From Candidatus Bathyarchaeota archaeon (GTDB lineage: Archaea > Thermoproteota > Bathyarchaeia > Bathyarchaeales > Bathycorpusculaceae): a stretch of DNA of 64,000 nt. The notes under the pieces were generated by a model, which saw nothing but the letters and a program-made list of their open reading frames with translations, was not told the origin of the DNA and ran no database searches. Location of the stretch: positions 448,001 to 512,000 of the forward strand of contig CAVYES010000005.1 in NCBI GenBank assembly GCA_963767735.1, in the 5' to 3' direction. The translations under genes were made by a program, and so were the position numbers. Position 1 is the first letter of the stretch. Each line of letters begins with the position of its first letter. Below, one piece after another: positions 29,301 through 37,538 of this stretch.

Positions 29301-30102
29301 CGTATGCAACATAGCCAGCAGGGTTTATGGATTCGTCTTTTTCAGCTGCCGCAAGAATGGCTTGATATGGCAAAATAAAGCCGTCTTTAAAATCTGGCCT
29401 GATTGAATGTTGAATAGAGTGGTCCCAAATCAGGCATCGAAGGCCTTTGGTGCCATCGTTTTTGTATTCTTCCGAATTTCCCACATGCAAGACTCGACCA
29501 ACGCCTATCAAAACTCGTCTATTATCGTCAGAAAGAGGCGTTTGTTTAGCATAAAAAAAACAGAGAGATTTTTCTGGTTTGACGTAGCTAAAGAAGTAGT
29601 CAAGCAAAGGCTTTTGGTTTCTGTAATCCTGAACCCATGTTGTGTCAAACCCCAAATCAGGTTCCAAATCTTGGTTGCATTCAAGTTTAAATTCTTCAGA
29701 TAACTTCCATGCTGTTTTAGTGTTTACCCATCTGAACGGTATTGCTGGCGCAGAAAAAGGGGGATGTCGAAACTGTGTGGGAAGTATATGTTTATGTTGA
29801 GTGCTGGTTTTAGTATATGGGTGGCTAACTGTGCGGGTATATTCAAAAGGTGCCATAAAACATCCTCGTTCGCTCACGCAAGCAGGCCAATTATTTTCAT
29901 CTAATTCTTGCAGTGATTTTGCTGCATTAATTTGCTCTTTTGTTTCATCTTTTTTATCGCGAATTCTATCTAGAGCTAAGCAAGCAACGTTTTCTTTTGG
30001 TTTGTTACAAACGTTCCCGGCCCAACCTAAGTCATGCCAAGGAATACGAATCGAGATATGCTTGAGAATTTTGCCTTTTTCTGCTGTTGAACCAGATTTC
30101 AC
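26380..30102 (-). CDS. RecD2-like SF1 helicase with C-terminal PD-(D/E)XK nuclease domain
   Basis: GPAGTGKT, VVDEASM, LVGDPRQL, AYAITVHKSQGSE, YTALTR; RSKSEVIIA...PDFTI...WEHLG. Confidence 0.85.
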   Translation of the reverse strand: MKSGSTAEKGKILKHISIRIPWHDLGWAGNVCNKPKENVACLALDRIRDKKDETKEQINAAKSLQELDENNWPACVSERGCFMAPFEYTRTVSHPYTKTSTQHKHILPTQFRHPPFSAPAIPFRWVNTKTAWKLSEEFKLECNQDLEPDLGFDTTWVQDYRNQKPLLDYFFSYVKPEKSLCFFYAKQTPLSDDNRRVLIGVGRVLHVGNSEEYKNDGTKGLRCLIWDHSIQHSIRPDFKDGFILPYQAILAAAEKDESINPAGYVAYAPNDRHEEFSYATEHVTHDAAISALLSCANSLRKISEKVEGHFDGQFKWINDRLIELWTRRGPCPGLGAALSAFGVQQSYFVAEEIFSKIDENEDPWPLVNQVFCHPQLLSDEVSPQISLSLQLKWKNLPDQRKSLLKLLSRFELNSEQATRFYVKEDRNKSGIDCSDSDLLRNPYLLFELDRYSQSPISLATIDHGLFPDKIVRSKHPIPEPSLINDATDWRRVRALIVNTLENSALEGHTLLPQSQVINYIRDSDLDPICPIDEDLLAVLDDKFDPIVSLAKMKDGKRAYQLNRLSQMDSIIRKTVKKRIGGSRNSLAKGSLKVWSQMLNGELKEKGVQAADNQDEKHAREEKVAALKELGESRLSVLIGPAGTGKTKLVVSTLCHHPEINAGGILLLAPTGKARVKMQQATGLPAQTIAQFLRPSRRFDENTGIYKLSEAEPVEDYKTVVVDEASMLTEEMLAALFDSLTGVDRYVLVGDPRQLPPIGAGRPFVDIIALCTPQNIETTFPKVGSAYAELTVRRRQVGKRREDLELADWYSGRDLGPGGDEIFNDINGTNLLQHLSMSQWDTENEIFEKILEVLVKELNLVNSSDSIHFEVSLGGKQSGQYVYFNNGCSNWAEKWQILSPVKGNTYGVRDINRLVQKQFRSRTIDLAYDFRKKSIPKPLGPDRIVYGDKVINTFNHRRFSVWPKEDALQYVANGEIGTVVGKFRGKYDKWSGPLPVNVEFSSQPNFSYSFKGSDFGDEENPPLELAYAITVHKSQGSEFNICFLILPNHCKLLSRELLYTALTRQRDRLVILHQGNWSEFKKYSSETFSETARRYTNLFQDPDLVLVEDRFFEDSLIHRTRRGETVRSKSEVIIADNLDSEHIRYSYEKQFIGDDGLVRYPDFTIEDESGQLYLWEHLGMYYEENYRKKWKKKLEWYTSQGILPIEEGKGKRGILIVTKDTEKGGINSNEIKDLVNKTFNC

Positions 30103-30274
30103 GATTAAATCACCAGTGGTGCAAACTACTGATTTCTGAACAAGTGATATAATTGATTTTGCATATGAACCTAAAAGATTAAAACTAAAAATTTTGAATT
30201 CGTAATCTGCTAAAATTCAACTCTGATTTATTGAAATTCTAAATACTAGAAGAGACAACAACAGTCCGATTAAG

Positions 30275-33200
30275 ATGTCAGAAATTCCTCGCTTTGTTGA
30301 AGGACAAAACGTTTTGTACTTAGGAACAAACAAAGTTGGAACTGTAAACAAAGTAATCAAAGGCTCACGAAGCTATCAATACAAAATAACAATAGATGGA
30401 AAGGTACAAGTCGTCGGCGAACGGTTCCTAGAACCTGCAGTGGACACTGAAGAAAACATAATTGAAGATTTCACTGCTGGAAAACTCGGCAATCATGAGG
30501 AGTATAGACTATTTCAAACATGGCTACGCCTTTCAAGACCAATCGAAAGCAACCTATACAGTTACCTCGGAAGCAAAACAATTTTCAATCCACACCAATT
30601 CAAACCTCTCCTAAGATTCCTTTCACCTAACTCTGAAGAGAGGCTTTTCATCGCAGATGAAGTTGGAGTCGGGAAAACCATCGAAGCCGGCATAATTATA
30701 AAGGAAATGATGGCTCGTAACAGAATAGATTATAGGTCGCCCATCCTAATAGTTTGTCCTGTTTCTTTGGGACCAAAATGGGTTAAAGAAATGAAGGAAA
30801 GGTTTTCCTACCAATTTCACCTTCACGACGGAAACTCTTTAAAAAACATGTTAAAAACAACAATAAGAGAGGGAATTGTCCCTCAAGGATACACTTTCTC
30901 AATAGCTGGTTTGCAGCTCTTACGGCGAGAAGAATACATAACTTTGTTAAACGAACTTGATTCAAGAAGAAATACCCCCGTTTTTTCTCTAGTAATAATT
31001 GACGAAGCCCATCACCTTCGTAACTCGGAGACAGATAGTAATGAACTCGGCAACATTTTGAGTCGGATGACAGAAATGATGCTAATGCTTTCAGCGACTC
31101 CACTGAATCTAAAGAACGAAGACCTCTTCAACCAGATGCACATTTTAAACGAAGCGCAATTTCCTGACCCAACTACCTTTGAAACCATGCTTGTTCCAGT
31201 CGTGTCACTGAACCGAATTAGTCAATTAATAACAGAAAATGAGACAAATAAAGCTGAAAAAATACTTGAAGCGCTTGAACAGTTGAGGTTAGACCCTCTG
31301 GGGAAAACAATTCTTTCACACCCAAACGTTAAAGACTTTACGTGCCGACTGGAAAATCCAGCTCCTTTTTCAACAGAAGAAATAACTTACTTCCAGCGTA
31401 CTTTCACCTCCTTGAGCCCGTTATTTTACTCTTTTACTCGAACCAGAAAAAGAGAAGCACTCGATCACCAAATTATTAGAGAAGTTCACGAATTGCCAAT
31501 TACATTGACTCCACTGGAACAACAGTTCTCAGAAAATGCATTGAAGTTAATTGAACAGTATTACGCTTCTTTGGAAAATGAAGATCTTCCAATGGGTTTT
31601 ATCATGAACATTTACCAAAGAATGGTTAGCAGTTGCATTCCAGCATTGATACAATATCTGAAATGGATGGTTAGGGCCACGAAAATTCTCGATATAGAGC
31701 GGAAAAACCTTGAGGATTTTGAAGACGACACAGAAATCGAAACAACAGATATTAACATAGATTTTAGCCAAAAACTTTCAAATTTATTAGATGGAGCAAA
31801 GGAAATAGAAAGCGTCGACAGCAAGTATTCACAATTCAGGTTAATGATTCAAAAAGTTCTCGCAAATCCTGAAACTCCTCAAACGATGGTTTTTTCTTTC
31901 TTCGTTAGAACTCTCGAATACTTGAAGAAACGACTCATCGAGGACGGCTTCACAGTAGAAGTAATTCATGGCGAAGTTCCGATGCAGAGCCAAAACGGAG
32001 TTCTTGGAAGAGACCAAATAATGACAGCTTTCAAAGATGGCAAATATCAGATATTGCTTTCAAGCGAAGTTGGCGGTGAAGGACTTGACTTTCAATTTTG
32101 TCATGCAATTATCAACTACGATCTGCCTTATAACCCAATGAGAGTTGAACAACGAATTGGAAGAATAGACCGATTCGGTCAGAAAGCTGACAAAATAATT
32201 GTTACTAATCTCTTTATCGAAGGTACTATTGATGAAGAAATATACAATCGATTATACAAGCGCATTCGACTTATTGAAGATGGTATAGGTTCTTTGGAGA
32301 CAATAATAGGAAAAGAGTTGGCTGACCTTCAAACCGCCATCATAACAGGGACGTTGAATATAGAACAAAAGGAAGAACTGCAAAGACGTGTAGAAGAACG
32401 TGTGGCATCAGCAAAATCAGAGGCAGAAGAATTCGAAAAAAACCGTAAAGAACTATTGAGCGATGATTATCTTTCCGCTCCAATAAACAACTTATCCAAA
32501 GGCGACTTCATTAGTCCAAAAGATGCTCAAGAACTAACCGAGATTTGTCTCTCAAAATGGAAAGGATGCAAATTCACTACAGACAGCAAAGGATTAGCAC
32601 AAATACAAATATCACCAGAAATCTCAGCAGACCTAGAGCACTTCCTTCGAGCGCCTGGACGCGAAGGAGGTTATAACGAACTTCATCAATTGATTTCATC
32701 CAAAGGATCTATCAAAATAATTTTTAATGGTCAAGAGGCTGAAGCGAACCCAGATAGAGTTTTCTTATCACCTACGGGTTATTGGTCTCGGTTTTTGGTT
32801 GAAAAACTCGAACTTGAAAAAGCTATTTTCAAAACTTTCGGTTTTGCTTCCTCCAATATTGGCCTTCCAAATGGGAACTATATGATTTTCTTTTTTGAGA
32901 TTAGAATGGAAGGAATTAAGACAGAAATTGAGCTTTTAGGTATTCCAATTGACCTTCTTGAAACCAAAGTCGCAGAGACAGATTTCAATACCTTGCCCAG
33001 ACTGATTGCTAATACAAAAGGATCCATAATTGAGCTAACGGAAAATGTTGACCCTAAATCCTACTTGGATTTAGCAATGGCATATCTTGATGAACTACTC
33101 GAAGACAAGAGGAAGAAAGTATCAGACGAAAATAGATACAGAGCTGAAAGCCGAATCGCCGCCCTGAAAAAAGGAACCGAAATAAGAAATGAACGACTTG

Positions 33201-33400
33201 AACAACAAATTAAAAATCATGTAACTAATAGAATAGATGAAGGAAGAGCGCCAGATGAGAACTATATTCGACTAACAAAATCAAGGATTGAAAAAGAAAA
33301 CGCAAAACTACTTTTTGCTGTAGAAACCCTGCAGAAAAAACAGATTCTAACACTTGATTACAATCTACAAGCGATAGCTTACATTATGGTTCGAGGATGA
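30275..33400 (+). CDS. SNF2/RapA-like SF2 helicase
   Basis: IADEVGVGKT, IIDEAHH, LSATP, GGEGLDFQ, EQRIGRIDRFGQ. Confidence 0.88.
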   Translation: MSEIPRFVEGQNVLYLGTNKVGTVNKVIKGSRSYQYKITIDGKVQVVGERFLEPAVDTEENIIEDFTAGKLGNHEEYRLFQTWLRLSRPIESNLYSYLGSKTIFNPHQFKPLLRFLSPNSEERLFIADEVGVGKTIEAGIIIKEMMARNRIDYRSPILIVCPVSLGPKWVKEMKERFSYQFHLHDGNSLKNMLKTTIREGIVPQGYTFSIAGLQLLRREEYITLLNELDSRRNTPVFSLVIIDEAHHLRNSETDSNELGNILSRMTEMMLMLSATPLNLKNEDLFNQMHILNEAQFPDPTTFETMLVPVVSLNRISQLITENETNKAEKILEALEQLRLDPLGKTILSHPNVKDFTCRLENPAPFSTEEITYFQRTFTSLSPLFYSFTRTRKREALDHQIIREVHELPITLTPLEQQFSENALKLIEQYYASLENEDLPMGFIMNIYQRMVSSCIPALIQYLKWMVRATKILDIERKNLEDFEDDTEIETTDINIDFSQKLSNLLDGAKEIESVDSKYSQFRLMIQKVLANPETPQTMVFSFFVRTLEYLKKRLIEDGFTVEVIHGEVPMQSQNGVLGRDQIMTAFKDGKYQILLSSEVGGEGLDFQFCHAIINYDLPYNPMRVEQRIGRIDRFGQKADKIIVTNLFIEGTIDEEIYNRLYKRIRLIEDGIGSLETIIGKELADLQTAIITGTLNIEQKEELQRRVEERVASAKSEAEEFEKNRKELLSDDYLSAPINNLSKGDFISPKDAQELTEICLSKWKGCKFTTDSKGLAQIQISPEISADLEHFLRAPGREGGYNELHQLISSKGSIKIIFNGQEAEANPDRVFLSPTGYWSRFLVEKLELEKAIFKTFGFASSNIGLPNGNYMIFFFEIRMEGIKTEIELLGIPIDLLETKVAETDFNTLPRLIANTKGSIIELTENVDPKSYLDLAMAYLDELLEDKRKKVSDENRYRAESRIAALKKGTEIRNERLEQQIKNHVTNRIDEGRAPDENYIRLTKSRIEKENAKLLFAVETLQKKQILTLDYNLQAIAYIMVRG

Positions 33401-33403
33401 TTT

Positions 33404-36400
33404 TTGATGTTTGAAAATATATACGATCAAATTAGAGAAGAAAATAAAATAAACTATGGAACCAAGGTTAGTGTTTATGGGCCAATCTTACTGGGCAATT
33501 TGTATAGTGAAAGAACACATTTTATTTTTGAGATCCTTCAGAATGCAGAAGATGCTTGTGCAAGGGCCAGAAAAGCTGGCGAGATCAGAAAATTTGCGGT
33601 AAATTTCAGATTGTACCCTGATCGGTTGGAAGCGACTAACAATGGTATTCAATTTGACGATAGAGATGTTCGGGGAATTTGTGGAATAGTTGATTCCACT
33701 AAAGATCAAACTGTCACTCAGATTGGCAAGTTTGGAATTGGCTTCAAATCCGTTTACGCTTATACAGTTTCTCCCGAAGTCTTCAGCGGCCAACATTCTT
33801 TTTCAATAAAAGATCTTGTCCACCCGTTTTATGAAAAAAGAAAAGAACAAATCCATCAAGAAGAAACGGTTTTCATTATCCCGTTTAACAGACCTGACGT
33901 CAAACCCGAGACGGCATTTGAAGAGATTAAGAAAAAACTAAACAATCTAAGCCTAAGATCAATGCTCTTCTTAAATAACATAGAAGAAATTTCATTCAAA
34001 ATGGGATCAATTGAAAGCAAATACAATAGATCTTCAAAAAAAGAAGATGATCATTTCTTTATCACCCTTCGTAAAATTGAAAATGGTGTACAAAAGAGCA
34101 GGGAGAATTGGCTTGTATTTGAAAAACCGTTAGATGATTCCGGAAAGCACTCGCTGAATACCGCATACATGATTGTCACTGAAATACGTACTGGAAAAGA
34201 TAAAATAATGCCTGCAGATGACGCATTGCTCTTTGTTTATTTCCCAACAGACATGGAAACACATCTAAAATTCATAATTCACGGTCCATTCAATACTACG
34301 CCTGCAAGAGATAACATCAATAAGAACGATCAAAAAAATCTGAGAATTATTCAAGAAATAGGTGACTTTGTTGCAGAAAATATGACAAAAATCAAACAAC
34401 TAAATTTGTTTGATGTCGATTTTCTTAATGCACTTCCAATTGACACAGACCATTTTGCAGTGCGCGAGTCTATTTTTAGACCAATTTATGAAAAGGTTAA
34501 AGATAGACTTTGTTCAACCGAGGCTCTCCTGCCAACTTACGACAAAAGCTTTACAACTTCGAGGCAAGCGTTGATTTCAAGAAGTGAAGACCTTCGAAAG
34601 CTAATGTCAAGTGATCAACTTGATTTCTTATTTGGCAGAAAAAATAGCCGATGGCTTGATCCAGCCATAACAGAAAACAGGACGCCTGAACTTTGGAAAT
34701 ATTTGACTGGTACTCTGCTGATTGATGTTATCGACTCAGAGACTTTCGCTAAGTCTCTAACTGAAACTTTCTTTAAAAAACAGGCTGATGAGTGGATTAT
34801 TCGTTTCTACGACTTTCTTGGGGATCAAAAAGCTCTGTGGAGAGAGAACGACTGGGGGAACAACGGTATTCTTCGTTCAAAGCCAATAATAAGATTAGAA
34901 GACGATTCACACAAGCCTCCATTTGACGTTATTGGAAAATCCAACGTCTATCTTCCAAGCAAGGATCCGGCCATAAACAGTCAGTTCCGAAACATAGTAA
35001 AAAGTACGATATCATCCGACAAGAGAGCAAGAGGGTTTCTAAAAGCATTGGGCATTGAGGAACCCGATATAAGTGCCACAGTAATTGATTTGGTACTTCC
35101 TCTTTACGGAAAGGAAAACAAAGTTACGGATAACAATAATCTTTTGCATGTCAAAATGATCCTTCAATCTCTTGGAACCTGTTCCGAAAATAAGAAAGAA
35201 ACCTTGGTCGCTCAACTTCAGAAAATCTCATTTCTTAAAGCAGTTAATGCCGCAAAAAAAGAAAAAGGATACAAAAAACCCGGTGAGATTCATCTTGGGA
35301 AAGTTTATACAGGAATAGAAGGGGTCGAAGAATATTTTTCTGGGAACAATGCAATTTGGCTCTTAGATGAAAGCTATGTTTCAATTATGGAAAAAACCAG
35401 CTTGCTTCAAAAACTGAGAGAATTGGGTTGCTTTAGCGGAATCTGGTATTCTTGTACCAAACCTGATTACATGAATCATGTAGTAATAAATAACAGCTTT
35501 GGATGGCATTCGAGAGGATTGAATGGATTTGATCCCGATTGTGAGATAGAAGGTTTAGACTTCGCTTTAAAAAACATAAATGTTTTTCGCGCGAAAATTG
35601 TTTGGCAATTCGCGATGGATCTTAATCAAAGTATATTCGGTGAAGTGGAGAAAAGTACAAAACAAGACTATCAAGATTCCTCCAGGCAGTTTCAATATTC
35701 AAAAATGGGAAAGCTGCTCCACGAGAAAAAATGGGTTCCAGATTCAAAATCAATTTTCCACGAACCATCGACAATAAAGCTATCTGAAATTCCGGATGAT
35801 TTTGATAAAGAGAGCAACGAAGCAAAAAATGCCGCTGAGAAAATAGGTTTCAAATCGGAAACAAATCAGGAAATTGAGCGATTGTGCGCAAATGCTCCAG
35901 AAGATATTAAGCATCTACTCAAGCATGCTCAGCCACTTTTGGACATATTCAGTTCAGCAGGGCCAGAACAAAGAAACAAAATAATTGAAAGTGCGCGCCA
36001 AATCCTAATGGAGAAAAAAGAAATTTTGTTTGAAGATGATGGCAAAAATGTTTCGTACATTACACCAACGCGTTCAGAACTTTTGAGCGATTTTACATCG
36101 GCAATGAAAGCTGACCAAAATCAAGTGCCTATTCCAGGAGATAAAACCTGGACTGGCCCCACACCAGAGCAAGAAATCGAGATTCAAAAACGCAAACTTG
36201 AAGCATTATCAAAAATGTCTGAAGATCACCAAGTCATGTTGAAAGAAGAAAAACTGATTAAACGTGTGAAAAGCAAAGATAACCTTGAGCCCAATCTAAG
36301 AGCTTTCTTGCTTAACCAATACCACGGCAACTGCCAAGTCTGCAACGAGAGGCTCGACTTAGGTGTCTCTAAAGATCCATACTTTGAAATCTATCGTCTG

Positions 36401-36691
36401 GACGAAAAAAAGAACCTGCACGGCGAATGGAGCAACCAAGAACATAACGCAATATGTCTATGCCCAAACTGTCATGCACTAATGAAGTATGGCGGGAGAG
36501 ATTTGACAAAAATAATAGAGAAAGCTCAAAACGTCGCTAATCACGAAGAAGCACCCGATCCGGTTTCGAAAAGAAACGGAGATTTCTATATTACCGAAGT
36601 AAACATTGCTGGAGTAAAGAAAGAGATTTTCTACACTCCGATCCATATGGCAAGCATTATAGCCTTTCTAAAGTTTAGTCAACAGACATAA
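33404..36691 (+). CDS. Sacsin-like GHKL ATPase with C-terminal HNH-like Zn domain
   Basis: EILQNAED, NNG, IGKFGIGFKSVY; CQVC...CLCPNCH. Confidence 0.8.
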   Translation: MMFENIYDQIREENKINYGTKVSVYGPILLGNLYSERTHFIFEILQNAEDACARARKAGEIRKFAVNFRLYPDRLEATNNGIQFDDRDVRGICGIVDSTKDQTVTQIGKFGIGFKSVYAYTVSPEVFSGQHSFSIKDLVHPFYEKRKEQIHQEETVFIIPFNRPDVKPETAFEEIKKKLNNLSLRSMLFLNNIEEISFKMGSIESKYNRSSKKEDDHFFITLRKIENGVQKSRENWLVFEKPLDDSGKHSLNTAYMIVTEIRTGKDKIMPADDALLFVYFPTDMETHLKFIIHGPFNTTPARDNINKNDQKNLRIIQEIGDFVAENMTKIKQLNLFDVDFLNALPIDTDHFAVRESIFRPIYEKVKDRLCSTEALLPTYDKSFTTSRQALISRSEDLRKLMSSDQLDFLFGRKNSRWLDPAITENRTPELWKYLTGTLLIDVIDSETFAKSLTETFFKKQADEWIIRFYDFLGDQKALWRENDWGNNGILRSKPIIRLEDDSHKPPFDVIGKSNVYLPSKDPAINSQFRNIVKSTISSDKRARGFLKALGIEEPDISATVIDLVLPLYGKENKVTDNNNLLHVKMILQSLGTCSENKKETLVAQLQKISFLKAVNAAKKEKGYKKPGEIHLGKVYTGIEGVEEYFSGNNAIWLLDESYVSIMEKTSLLQKLRELGCFSGIWYSCTKPDYMNHVVINNSFGWHSRGLNGFDPDCEIEGLDFALKNINVFRAKIVWQFAMDLNQSIFGEVEKSTKQDYQDSSRQFQYSKMGKLLHEKKWVPDSKSIFHEPSTIKLSEIPDDFDKESNEAKNAAEKIGFKSETNQEIERLCANAPEDIKHLLKHAQPLLDIFSSAGPEQRNKIIESARQILMEKKEILFEDDGKNVSYITPTRSELLSDFTSAMKADQNQVPIPGDKTWTGPTPEQEIEIQKRKLEALSKMSEDHQVMLKEEKLIKRVKSKDNLEPNLRAFLLNQYHGNCQVCNERLDLGVSKDPYFEIYRLDEKKNLHGEWSNQEHNAICLCPNCHALMKYGGRDLTKIIEKAQNVANHEEAPDPVSKRNGDFYITEVNIAGVKKEIFYTPIHMASIIAFLKFSQQT

Positions 36692-36711
36692 TGAAACTTT
36701 AATTCAGAACG

Positions 36712-37080
36712 TTACTCTTTCACAGAAACCCAATCGTACCTGTATCTAGGCACTTTACCTTTGCTCACATTTTTCTTCAGCATTTTCTTTCCAGCGACAA
36801 ACATATCTATCGCGGTTCTAACAACGTCACCGTATCCAGGTCCGCGTATTTGAAAAGCATCAATGAAATCACGTGTTCCCAAATCCTTTCCGCCTAATTG
36901 CTTCGCTATTTTTGGAATCGCAACCCGAAGTCTTTCAATAACTTTTGCTGTTCCCTCGATTCTTTCGTCACCATCATACATAACAGTTGTGAAAAGGCGC
37001 TCACCTGTTCGAGCATCTTTTAGATACTTTCGGTCTTCATATGAATTGGACATACAAATTTCTAACCAGATCAAATTCAA
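36712..37080 (-). CDS. Hypothetical protein
   Basis: 122-aa ORF, no recognised motif. Confidence 0.45.
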   Translation of the reverse strand: MNLIWLEICMSNSYEDRKYLKDARTGERLFTTVMYDGDERIEGTAKVIERLRVAIPKIAKQLGGKDLGTRDFIDAFQIRGPGYGDVVRTAIDMFVAGKKMLKKNVSKGKVPRYRYDWVSVKE

Positions 37081-37538
37081 CAGTATTCTCTATTTACCTT
37101 TGCGGTTATTTCTTTAAACTCAATACTGTCAACCGATTGTAAGAACCAAAAGTCGGACCGATTAACCCTCATTTTTCAGTATGCTGTCTATTTCAGTGCT
37201 TATTTTCTTAATTCACCAAGTCTATGGTTCGTTTTCTGGGTTATCTTCTTCGCCATCGTCACCATCAAAGGCATCGTACGGTTCAGGCTCTTCTTCTTCA
37301 AACATTGTTTTTCATCCTTTAGATTTATTGACGCAATCTGATTATAAAGATTTTAGAAACTTGTCCCTCAACTTCTTTTCCCGCCGTCCTTTATCAAAAA
37401 TGACGCTCCTTGAATCCAATAATAAGTAGCAGCTATGTGCTCTATGAACAGATTCATCATCTCTTCTACGTTAATGCTTGCTGAGGGATCAGATACAGAA
37501 CTCCCCCCAAGCAATGGGTTTGGAGATTAACGACTAGT

